The notes beneath the pieces are model-generated. The model had not been told where the DNA came from. It searched no databases and saw nothing but the letters and a program-made list of their open reading frames with translations. Positions 24,737 through 32,000 of a DNA stretch of 32,000 bases are shown in pieces. Position 1 is the stretch's first letter. Each line of letters starts with the position of its first letter. The position numbers and the translations under genes are program-made. The stretch comes from Dickeya solani IPO 2222 (GTDB lineage: Bacteria > Pseudomonadota > Gammaproteobacteria > Enterobacterales > Enterobacteriaceae). The stretch covers positions 4,830,001-4,862,000 of the forward strand of contig NZ_CP015137.1 of the NCBI RefSeq assembly GCF_001644705.1, read 5' to 3'.

Positions 24737-26944
24737 ATGATAACACTACAAGGCGCAGGCTTCGGTCAGGTCTCCCCTTCGCATGCCCAAAAACGCGCGC
24801 TGGCGCTGTTGATTTCCGCCGCTCTGGCGGGTGTGGCACCAGTAACGGCGTACGCGGACGACACCATCACCACTGATACCATCAACGTTAACGCCTCAGC
24901 GGCGGCCTCGCCGGAAAATGCGTGGGGCGCCGCGCCGACGATTGCGGCCAAACGCAGCGCCACCGGCACCAAAACCGACTCGGCGATTGAAAAAAATCCC
25001 CAGTCGGTGTCCGTCGTGACCAGTGAAGAGATGCAAACCCGTCAGGTGGTCAGCGTAAAAGACGCGCTGAACTATACGCCGGGGGTGTTTGCCGGCAACC
25101 GCGGCAGCTCAAACACCTATGACGTGGTTAACCTGCGCGGTTTCACTGCGGTCAACACCAACCAGTACCTCGACGGCCTGAAATTGCAGGGCGACAACTA
25201 TTCGGAAGCGTCGCTGGACCCTTATATGCTGGAACGGGTGGAAGTGCTGCGCGGTCCAGTGTCGGTGCTGTATGGCAAAAGCAGCCCCGGCGGCCTGGTC
25301 GCGCTGGTCAGCAAACGGCCGACGGCGGAAACCATCCGCGAAGTCCAGTTCAAGATGGGAACCGATAATCTGTTTCAGACCGGCTTCGACTTCGGCGGCG
25401 CCGTCGATGATCAAGGCGTGTATACCTACCGCCTGACCGGGGTGGCGAAAAGCAGCGATACCCAGCAGGATCTCGCTAAAGAGAAGCGTTACGCCATCGC
25501 CCCGTCGTTTAGCTGGCAGCCGGATGAAAACACCCGTTTCACGCTGCTGACCGATTTCCAGAATGACCCGTATGCCGGTTTCTACGGCTGGCTGCCGCGT
25601 CAGGGCACGGTTAATCCGTTCCTCGACAGCAACGGCAACCCGCATAAGCTGTCCACGTCGTTTAACGATGGCGAAGCCAGCAACAAGATGGCGCGTAATC
25701 AGAAGATGGTGGGCTACAGCGCCGAACATGTGTTTAACGACACCTGGACCGTGCGGCAGAACCTGCGTTATATGCAGTTGGAAACGCAATACCGTGGCAT
25801 CTACGGTACGGGCATTTCCGCATCGCTGCCGTATGTGATGGATCGCGCATCCGTTATCTCTCACGAACGCCTGAACAGCTTTACCGTCGATAATCAGGCG
25901 CAGGCGACGTTTTCAACCGCCGATGTCAGCCATACCATGCTGTTTGGCGTGGATTACATGCGAATGCGCAACGATATCGACGAATACTTTGGTTCGGCAT
26001 CCTCGCTGAATCTGCTGAACCCGGCCTACGGCAACGACAGCATTCCGGCGGATTCGCTCTCTCCCTGGAACTTCCTCAACCGTCAGGAGCAAACCGGGGG
26101 TTATGTGCAGGATCAGGCACAGTGGAATCAGTGGCTGGTGACGCTGGGCGGACGTTACGACCGGGCGAAAACCTCGGCGCAGAATCGCACCGCCGGCACC
26201 ACCGACGCCAACAGCCAGGGGCAGTTCACCTGGCGAGGCGGGGTAAACTACCTGTTTGACAACGGTATCACGCCGTACTTCAGTTACAGCGAATCCTTTG
26301 AACCCACCTCGGGCGCCAGCGCCAGCGGCCAGACGTTCAAACCGTCGCTCGGCAAGCAGTATGAAGCCGGGGTGAAATACGTCCCGAAGGATCGCCCGCT
26401 GGTGCTGACGGCGGCGGTCTATTCGCTGACCAAGAGCAACAACCTGACCACCGACCCCGACAACACCAACTTCAGCGTCCAGAGCGGTGAAATCACGGTG
26501 CGTGGGCTGGAACTGGAAGCCAAGAGCGCGCTGACGCAGAACATCAACGTGACGGCGGCGTATTCGCACGTCAATGCCAAATACACCCACGACACCGACC
26601 TGCAAGGTAAACGCCCGTACCAGATTCCCAACAATCAGGCCTCGCTGTGGGCGGATTACACCTTTAACCGCTCGGTGCTCAGCGGGCTGACCGTTGGTTC
26701 CGGCGTGCGCTACGTCGGCAGTTCCTACGGCGATGCGAACAATACTTTTAAGGTTGCGCCTTACGGATTGCTGGACGCGATGGTGAAATACGATCTGGCG
26801 GCATTCGGTATGTCCGGCTCCAGCCTGGCCGTCAATGTCGATAATTTGCTGAATCGGCAGTACGTCGCCAGCTGTTATACCGATTACGCCTGCTATTGGG
26901 GCAGTGAACGTCGCGTTACCGCTACGGCGACATTCCGGTTCTGA
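24737..26944 (+). CDS. fhuA: TonB-dependent ferrichrome-type outer-membrane receptor FhuA
   Basis: 735 aa, colinear with E. coli FhuA as I recall it. Shared stretches: AWG.A.TIAA..SATGTKTD..I.K.PQS.SVVT.EEM, DPYMLER.E..RGPVSVLYGKSSPGGL, FTWRGGVNYLFDNG.TPYFSYSESFEP, and a C-terminal ATATFRF. TonB-box-like DTITTDTINV follows the signal peptide. Confidence 0.9.
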   Translation: MITLQGAGFGQVSPSHAQKRALALLISAALAGVAPVTAYADDTITTDTINVNASAAASPENAWGAAPTIAAKRSATGTKTDSAIEKNPQSVSVVTSEEMQTRQVVSVKDALNYTPGVFAGNRGSSNTYDVVNLRGFTAVNTNQYLDGLKLQGDNYSEASLDPYMLERVEVLRGPVSVLYGKSSPGGLVALVSKRPTAETIREVQFKMGTDNLFQTGFDFGGAVDDQGVYTYRLTGVAKSSDTQQDLAKEKRYAIAPSFSWQPDENTRFTLLTDFQNDPYAGFYGWLPRQGTVNPFLDSNGNPHKLSTSFNDGEASNKMARNQKMVGYSAEHVFNDTWTVRQNLRYMQLETQYRGIYGTGISASLPYVMDRASVISHERLNSFTVDNQAQATFSTADVSHTMLFGVDYMRMRNDIDEYFGSASSLNLLNPAYGNDSIPADSLSPWNFLNRQEQTGGYVQDQAQWNQWLVTLGGRYDRAKTSAQNRTAGTTDANSQGQFTWRGGVNYLFDNGITPYFSYSESFEPTSGASASGQTFKPSLGKQYEAGVKYVPKDRPLVLTAAVYSLTKSNNLTTDPDNTNFSVQSGEITVRGLELEAKSALTQNINVTAAYSHVNAKYTHDTDLQGKRPYQIPNNQASLWADYTFNRSVLSGLTVGSGVRYVGSSYGDANNTFKVAPYGLLDAMVKYDLAAFGMSGSSLAVNVDNLLNRQYVASCYTDYACYWGSERRVTATATFRF

Positions 26945-26961
26945 TTAATCGGCATTTCAGT

Positions 26962-26989
26962 GATGGTCGCGGCCAATGCCGCGACCATC
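26962..26989. terminator. Perfect 12-bp GC-rich hairpin between convergent fhuA and lipoprotein genes
   Basis: gatggtcgcggc-caat-gccgcgaccatc, 18 nt after the fhuA stop. There is no U-tract on either strand. Confidence 0.35.
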
Positions 26990-27046
26990 GATGCCAGTAC
27001 CCTTTAAACATAAGCAATCACAGGCGGCAACCTGACGGGAATGACA

Positions 27047-27964
27047 TCACTGTTTCTTCACTGCGTCTTTAAGGTCTTTTATTTCATTCAGCAACGCCGT
27101 TAAAACAGAGACATCCGTTGATTGGCTGTTCTTTTCGGTAACAACCGACACACCGCACTGCGAATGAGTAGTCACTTTCCCTTTCACCGGTAAAGCCACC
27201 GCCTGCACATAGCGTGGATCACTCACTCTGGCATAAATAGTCTCTTCAACTATTCCTGCCTTTTTTACCTCAATGACGGCGTCTCTACAGGATGCATAGA
27301 TAAAATGGTGTTTAATTTTATTCAGGTTCTCTGCCGATGACTGAGTAATCCAGTCTGCGGGGATGGCATCGACGGGCACACTCCCCAATACTATTTCTGC
27401 ACTATAACCATCAGATAAATCAATAGATTTGTTATTCTCATTTAATATTTTTTCGTCAATGTCTACTGTTTTGGTTTCGACTATTTTAGTTTCGACTATT
27501 TTAGTCTGAACGGTTTTATTCTTATTCGTAGAAAAGAGAGTCATTGGTATAAATTTAGTCACTGCAATCGCCAATGCACCAAACTCTTTAACAGCCTTTT
27601 CTCTGTTATCCTCTGTATCAACTCCAATTTCTTTCACTCTATCTGTATTTTCAAGTTTGGACATACTAATGTTTGTTTTGGTGAACAGGCTTTCTTTAGG
27701 AGAAATACCCACTTTGAATTTCTTGTAATCATGATTTAATACTGTGACCTTATATTTTAAAGCGCCATTTTCGCCATTGGATTTTTTTTCATATTCAGGC
27801 TCAAAAATCACCGAGGATGATGCCAGATAAAAGCTGTCGGATATTTTTTTATCCAGCAGTTTTTCGCCTGCCGGCTTATCACCCTGAATGATTTGATACG
27901 ACACTTCCGGTTTTACTGCACAGCCCGACATCAGCATCATTGATACGATAATGTACTTTTTCAT
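27047..27964 (-). CDS. Orphan lipoprotein of unknown function in a low-GC islet
   Basis: 305 aa from ATG 27964 (GAGGGG RBS; the track ORF is 31 codons longer). Signal peptide plus lipobox MKKYIIVSMMLMSG|C. Lys/Glu/Asn-rich. I recognise no family. Confidence 0.65.
   Translation of the reverse strand: MKKYIIVSMMLMSGCAVKPEVSYQIIQGDKPAGEKLLDKKISDSFYLASSSVIFEPEYEKKSNGENGALKYKVTVLNHDYKKFKVGISPKESLFTKTNISMSKLENTDRVKEIGVDTEDNREKAVKEFGALAIAVTKFIPMTLFSTNKNKTVQTKIVETKIVETKTVDIDEKILNENNKSIDLSDGYSAEIVLGSVPVDAIPADWITQSSAENLNKIKHHFIYASCRDAVIEVKKAGIVEETIYARVSDPRYVQAVALPVKGKVTTHSQCGVSVVTEKNSQSTDVSVLTALLNEIKDLKDAVKKQ
27461..27520. repeat. In-frame 15-bp tandem repeat (2 perfect plus 2 degenerate copies) in the lipoprotein gene
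   Basis: ttcgactattttagt x2 at 27476-27505, flanked by gtctactgttttggt and ctgaacggttttatt. It encodes NKTVQ-TKIVE-TKIVE-TKTVD. Confidence 0.85.
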
Positions 27965-28313
27965 ATTGCCCCTCGCCCAGATATGATTAGTTTTATAAAA
28001 AATAATGAATCCGTTTTTCAAGAAAGGAAAATAAAGCACAACGAATATCGCCATCATGGCGCATTATAAAATAATGGAAAACACAGGGAGTTCTTTAAGA
28101 ATGACGCAATAAACCAACAATGCAAGTTGCCTGCATTCACTATTTCTTTAAAAGCATTAATCGCATGATTTTTATTGTTATTATTTTTAATAACAGCTGG
28201 ATTAATATCCTCAAGGATAAATATTCAACAGAGAGAAAATTACCGGATGGATTATTTTACGCCGCATTGAATCAGAAACAACGTCAATAGATTAATGCAA
28301 TCGCACCGCCGCT

Positions 28314-28354
28314 ATAACAAACAACAACGCCCCTGCCGATTCCGGCAAGGGCGC
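28314..28354 (-). terminator. Rho-independent terminator of the Pot-like permease operon
   Basis: Minus-strand RNA is GCGCCCUUGCCG-GAAU-CGGCAGGGGCGU (about 11 pairs including G-U wobbles) followed by UGUUGUUUGUUAU. The hairpin starts ~42 nt after the stop at 28396. Confidence 0.65.
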
Positions 28355-28395
28355 TTAGCAAACAGCCAGCGACTGACATCAATCCACCGTCAGGA

Positions 28396-29232
28396 TCAAC
28401 GCCCGCCGCGCAGTTTCTCCGAACGACGACGCAGGATTTCCATCACCACCAGCAGCACCAGTGCCGCGGCCACCATCATGGTCGCGGCGGCGGCGATGGT
28501 CGGGTCGAGGTTTTCGCGGATCCCGGCGAACATCTGCAACGGCAGCGTGCGCTGGCGTGGACTGGCGAGAAACAGCGTGACGATCACTTCATCAAACGAG
28601 GTAGCGAAGGCAAACAGCGCGCCGGAGAATACGCCGGGGGCGATCAGCGGCAGCGTCACCTTACGAAACGCCAGCAACGGCGGCGCGCCCAGACTGGCGG
28701 CGGCACGGGTCAGGTTCTGATCGTAATTCTTCAGCACCGCGGTCACGGTAACCACCACAAACGGCACACCCAACACCGCATGGGCCAGCACCAGCCCGAT
28801 GTAACTGTTCAACAGCGACAGCTTGGCGAAAAAGAAGAACATCCCTACCGCCACGATCACCACCGGGGCGATCATCGGCGAAATCAGCACCGCCATCACC
28901 AGCGATTTGCCGCGAAACTCGCCGCGTACCAGCCCGACCGACGCCAGCACGCCCAGTACGGTTGCCAGCACCGTCGCCAGCGGCGCAATCAGCAGGCTGT
29001 TGCCGAGCGCGCTCAGCCATTCGCTGGAGTGGAAAAATTCCCGATACCAGCGCAGGGAAAAACCGGCCAGCGGGTAGCTGAGAAACGAGCCGCCGTTGAA
29101 CGACAGCGGCACGATCACCAGCACCGGCACGATCAGAAACAGCAGCATCGCCGCACCGTAAAAATTGAAGAAGCCGTTCCACACCCGCAGCAGCTGCGAA
29201 CCCTGTTGTCTCATTTCCTTCATCGGTTTCAT
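28396..29232 (-). CDS. ABC transporter permease (PotC/PotI-like)
   Basis: 278 aa, 6 TM segments. Binding-protein-dependent transport motif region AAASLGAPPLLAFRKVTLPLIAPG. Confidence 0.9.
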   Translation of the reverse strand: MKPMKEMRQQGSQLLRVWNGFFNFYGAAMLLFLIVPVLVIVPLSFNGGSFLSYPLAGFSLRWYREFFHSSEWLSALGNSLLIAPLATVLATVLGVLASVGLVRGEFRGKSLVMAVLISPMIAPVVIVAVGMFFFFAKLSLLNSYIGLVLAHAVLGVPFVVVTVTAVLKNYDQNLTRAAASLGAPPLLAFRKVTLPLIAPGVFSGALFAFATSFDEVIVTLFLASPRQRTLPLQMFAGIRENLDPTIAAAATMMVAAALVLLVVMEILRRRSEKLRGGR

Positions 29233-29247
29233 CGCTTGCTCCTTCGG

Positions 29248-30519
29248 TTAACGCGCCGCCGCGTCGGCGTCGGTGCGGGTGACACGGATATACACCACAT
29301 ACAGCAGCACCACGATCACCAGCAGTTGTGTCCCCAGCGCCGCCGCCATTCCCCAGTTCATGGTGGTATTGGTGAAGAACGCCACAAAATAGCTGAGCAT
29401 CTGATCGCCCGGCCCACCCAGCAGCGCCGGTGTAATGTAGTAGCCAATCGCCATCATGAACACCAGCAGTGCGCCGGCGGTCACCCCGGCGTAGGTCTGC
29501 GGCACATACACCCGCCAGAACGCCAGAAACGGATGCGCGCCCAGCGAAATCGCCGCCCGCACATAGTTGGGCGAAATGCCTTTCATCACCGCATACAGCG
29601 GCAACACGAAGAACGGCAACAGAATGTGGGTCATGGAGATATAGACGCCGATACGGTTAAACACCAGCACCAGCGGCTCATCAATGATTCCCAGCCCCAT
29701 CAGCGAACGGTTGATCAACCCACCGGACTGCAGCAGCACGATCCAGCTGGCGGTGCGCACAATCAGTGAGGTCCAGAACGGCAGCAGTACCAGAATCATC
29801 AGCAGGTTGGCGCGATTATCCGGCTGTTTCGCCAGCCAGTAGGCCAGCGGGTAGCCCAACGCCACGCACAGCAGTGTTACCACCCCTGCCATCAGCAACG
29901 TGCGCAGCAGCACGTCAACATACAGCGCCTGCTCCGCCGGTTGCGCCACCACCTTGTCGGTCTGCGGGTCCACCTTATGATCGAATACCGCCAGCAGGTA
30001 GTAGCTGGTGAAAGGCCGCGACGCGCGGTCGATAGTTTTCCAGGTGGTCAGTTCGCCCCACATCGGTTGGTCGGCAATCAGCTGTTCGCGCAGCCCTTGC
30101 TGTTCATCTGACGGCAGTTTGCGCAGCGTGCGGGTGATAAGCTGGCGATACTGGCCGTCCTCATAACCCAACCGTTTGGTGATGGTGGCGACCTGCCCGG
30201 TGCTGCGGGCATTGCGCAGATCGCTTACCAGCGCCTGAAACACGCTCTCATCCGGCACATCCTTGCCGGACCATTGCCGCATCGCCTCGATAGTGGTCGG
30301 CATGCTGACGCGCAGGTCCGGGTTGGACACGCTTTTGCCCAGAATCGACAGTATCGGGAACAGAAAACTGGCCAGAATGAACAGGAACAACGGTGCAATC
30401 AGCAACAGTGACCGTTTCTGATAGCGGGCCTGCGCCTGACGCAACTGCTGTTTCAGACTGGTTCGGTTCCCCTCGCCGCCGGCAGGCGGCTCTGCCTTCA
30501 ACATCTCGTTCTGGGACAT
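29248..30519 (-). CDS. ABC transporter permease (PotB/PotH-like) with an extra N-terminal TM segment and a periplasmic insert
   Basis: 423 aa. The canonical core carries AAISLGAHPFLAFWRVYVPQTYAG. About 200 extra N-terminal residues comprise TM1 (res ~36-62) and a ~140-aa hydrophilic segment. Confidence 0.9.
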   Translation of the reverse strand: MSQNEMLKAEPPAGGEGNRTSLKQQLRQAQARYQKRSLLLIAPLFLFILASFLFPILSILGKSVSNPDLRVSMPTTIEAMRQWSGKDVPDESVFQALVSDLRNARSTGQVATITKRLGYEDGQYRQLITRTLRKLPSDEQQGLREQLIADQPMWGELTTWKTIDRASRPFTSYYLLAVFDHKVDPQTDKVVAQPAEQALYVDVLLRTLLMAGVVTLLCVALGYPLAYWLAKQPDNRANLLMILVLLPFWTSLIVRTASWIVLLQSGGLINRSLMGLGIIDEPLVLVFNRIGVYISMTHILLPFFVLPLYAVMKGISPNYVRAAISLGAHPFLAFWRVYVPQTYAGVTAGALLVFMMAIGYYITPALLGGPGDQMLSYFVAFFTNTTMNWGMAAALGTQLLVIVVLLYVVYIRVTRTDADAAAR

Positions 30520-30555
30520 AAGCGCTCTCTCCTTGTGATCAATACCGGTTCGGGA

Positions 30556-31587
30556 TTACTTCTGGGCAGCCCAGGCGTTGAAGCGCTGCTCCAGCTCTTC
30601 GCCGTGATCGATCCAGAACTCGGTATCCACCTGCACCGACTGAGCCAGGTTATCCGGCGCGGTCGGCAGGTTGCGGCTGATCGCGGGGTCCAGCAAGGCG
30701 GTGGTTTTACCGTTGGTCGGGCCGTAGGCGATGTTTTCCGCGAACACTTTCTGGTTTTCCGGCTGGTTGGCGAATGCGATGAACTGTTCGGCCAGCGCTT
30801 TGTGTTTGGAGCCTTTCACGATGGCCCAGCTATCCAGATCGTACAGGCCGTCTTTCCAGACGATATTGATGCCCGGTTTCTCTTTCTGCGCCACCGCTAC
30901 GCGGCCGTTGTAGGCGGAGGTCATCACCACGTCGCCCGCCACCAGCCATTGCAGCGGCTGCGCGCCGGATTCCCACCACTGGATATTGGATTTAATCTGA
31001 TCGAGTTTCTTAAACGCACGATCGACGCCGGCCGGAGTCGCCAGCACGTTATAGACGTCTTCACGCTTCACGCCGTCCGCCAGCAAGGCGATTTCCAGCG
31101 TGAACTTGGCGCTTTTACGCAGCGCGCGCTTGCCGGGGAAGTTTTTCACGTCCCAGAAATCGGCCCAGCTTTTCGGCGCTTGTTGCAGTTTGTTGGCGTT
31201 ATAGGTCAGCACGGTGGACCAGACAAAGATCCCGGCGCCGCACTCGGAAACCGACCCCTTCACGAAATCAGCCTGATTGCCCAGCTTTTTCCAGTCCAGC
31301 GGTTCAAACAACCCTTCGTTGCACCCACGCAGCAGTTCCGGACCCTCCACCTCCACCACGTCCCAGCCGACCTGCCCGGTCTGCACCATGGCGCGGATAC
31401 GAGCCATTTCACCGTTGTATTCGCCGGCTTCGATAGCGCCCTTACCTGCCGCCTGGAACGGTTTGTAAAACGCTTTATCCTGCGCGTCCTTGTTGGTGCC
31501 GCCAAAGGAAATCACGGTCAGGTTGTCGGCCCAGGCCTGGGAAGCCATGGCAACGAGCAGAGCGGATAATGCAAATTTTTTCAACAT
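30556..31587 (-). CDS. ABC transporter periplasmic binding protein (PotD/PotF-type, family 1)
   Basis: 343 aa from ATG 31587 (AGGAG at 31595-31599, 7-nt spacer; the track ORF is 9 codons longer). Signal peptide MLKKFALSALLVAMASQAWA. Confidence 0.9.
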   Translation of the reverse strand: MLKKFALSALLVAMASQAWADNLTVISFGGTNKDAQDKAFYKPFQAAGKGAIEAGEYNGEMARIRAMVQTGQVGWDVVEVEGPELLRGCNEGLFEPLDWKKLGNQADFVKGSVSECGAGIFVWSTVLTYNANKLQQAPKSWADFWDVKNFPGKRALRKSAKFTLEIALLADGVKREDVYNVLATPAGVDRAFKKLDQIKSNIQWWESGAQPLQWLVAGDVVMTSAYNGRVAVAQKEKPGINIVWKDGLYDLDSWAIVKGSKHKALAEQFIAFANQPENQKVFAENIAYGPTNGKTTALLDPAISRNLPTAPDNLAQSVQVDTEFWIDHGEELEQRFNAWAAQK

Positions 31588-31673
31588 GGTCTGGCTCCTG
31601 AAAAGAGTAGTCAACGTATGCCCACGAGGGCAAAACCCTTAATTTTTTTTGATGCATAGGCATCAGTTTATAA

Positions 31674-31689
31674 AGCAGTTTTCATGCCA
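31674..31689 (-). promoter_or_regulatory. Candidate sigma-54 (-24/-12) promoter for the Pot-like operon
   Basis: The minus strand reads TGGCATGAAAACTGCT against the consensus TGGCACG-N4-TTGCW. The GG and GC dinucleotides have the correct 10-nt spacing. It lies ~87 nt upstream of ATG 31587. Confidence 0.45.
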
Positions 31690-31738
31690 GTTTCTGTCGT
31701 CTGCGTTGAAAACCACCGGATGGCGCCGTAGAGAAACC

Positions 31739-31761
31739 GCGTTGTGCAATGTGCACAACGC
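31739..31761. repeat. Perfect palindrome and candidate enhancer-binding-protein site
   Basis: gcgttgtgca-atg-tgcacaacgc (10-bp arms), centred ~60 bp upstream of the candidate -24 element. Confidence 0.35.
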
Positions 31762-31806
31762 CTATCCTATTTTTCGCGTGATAGCTTGTACTGAATTCGC
31801 CTTGTT

Positions 31807-31837
31807 ATGGTGCAGTCCGGCAGTAAGACTGCACCAT
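31807..31837. repeat. Perfect palindrome and candidate enhancer-binding-protein site or secondary hairpin
   Basis: atggtgcagtc-cggcagtaa-gactgcaccat (11-bp arms). The arms contain TGGTGCA/TGCACCA, which are NtrC-like half-site sequences but in the reverse order with a long spacer. Confidence 0.3.
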
Positions 31838-31846
31838 GTTGGCTCG

Positions 31847-31877
31847 AAAAGCCGGATGAGCGACCCTGCTTATCCGC
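31847..31877 (-). terminator. Rho-independent terminator candidate after the gabD-like gene
   Basis: The minus-strand RNA GGCGGAUAAGC-AGGGUC-GCUCAUCCGGC forms ~9 pairs with one bulge and one mismatch, followed by UUUU. It starts immediately after the stop. Confidence 0.5.
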
Positions 31878-31879
31878 CG

Positions 31880-32000
31880 TCAGGCTGACGGAGTGAGGTC
31901 AACGCAGAGATATTTCATCTCCAGGTATTCCTCGATGCCGAAGCGTGAACCTTCGCGCCCCAGCCCTGATTGTTTCACCCCGCCGAAGGGGGCTACTTCG
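31880..32000 (-). CDS. gabD: NAD(P)-dependent aldehyde dehydrogenase, succinate-semialdehyde-dehydrogenase-like, 3' end only
   Basis: This ORF is not in the track because it is too short. The minus-strand translation is [39 protein letters not shown]-stop (TGA at 31880-31882). It closely parallels the E. coli GabD C-terminus as I recall it ([33 protein letters not shown]). Confidence 0.6.
   Translation of the reverse strand, partial: EVAPFGGVKQSGLGREGSRFGIEEYLEMKYLCVDLTPSA

Noticed and set aside
27047-27964. Idea that the lipoprotein convergent with fhuA is a phage Llp/Cor-type FhuA-blocking superinfection-exclusion protein.
   Set aside because: This is pure positional speculation. Known FhuA blockers are small (about 60-80 aa), this protein is 305 aa, I see no sequence resemblance, and there are no phage genes nearby.

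Overview
This 32-kb chromosomal window has about 57-60% GC in most genes (estimated by eye). I read it as a Dickeya-like soft-rot Pectobacteriaceae locus. That is an inference from the Hrc-type T3SS genes and overall gene content, and cannot be verified without a database search.

Gene order:
- 1-3664: 3' end of a Hrp/Hrc type III secretion cluster (hrcQ partial, hrcR, hrcS, hrcT, hrcU).
- 3665-4676: low-GC islet with an orphan lipoprotein gene.
- 4677-6557: an OsmC-family gene, then sbmA.
- 7113-11614: two tandem paralogous chemoreceptor (MCP) genes, each behind a ~550-bp AT-rich leader.
- 11977-20526: a sulfur-amino-acid-type locus. It holds a polar-amino-acid ABC binding protein, an opposite-strand MmgE/PrpD-family gene, cystathionine beta-synthase plus gamma-lyase, two ABC permeases, an ATPase and a class-IV-aminotransferase-fold gene.
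- 20634-24492: a minus-strand IMPase-family / YbjJ-like MFS / Cof-HAD phosphatase set with a divergent DeoR regulator.
- 24737-26944: a Fur-box-preceded fhuA with no fhuCDB.
- 26990-28395: a second low-GC islet with another orphan lipoprotein gene.
- 28396-31587: a minus-strand PotD/B/C-like ABC importer (binding protein plus two permeases, no ATPase) behind a candidate sigma-54 promoter.
- 31880-32000: the 3' end of a gabD-like aldehyde dehydrogenase gene.

I saw no rRNA, tRNA, CRISPR array, IS element or integrase.

Most unusual observations:
1. At least seven mutually unrelated 12-19-bp tandem-repeat arrays lie exactly on gene junctions between 11.9 and 22.8 kb. Several start inside the last codons of the upstream gene. 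In one, a single A/G unit variant toggles Gln (CAG) versus stop (TAG).
2. The class-IV aminotransferase-fold protein appears to lack both the Schiff-base lysine and the PLP-N1 glutamate.
3. The two MCP genes share a ~0.7-kb, ~96% identical signalling-domain block while their sensor domains have diverged.
4. A reverse-transsulfuration pair and a PrpD-family gene are embedded in a split ABC importer.
5. Two low-GC orphan-lipoprotein islets lie at operon ends.
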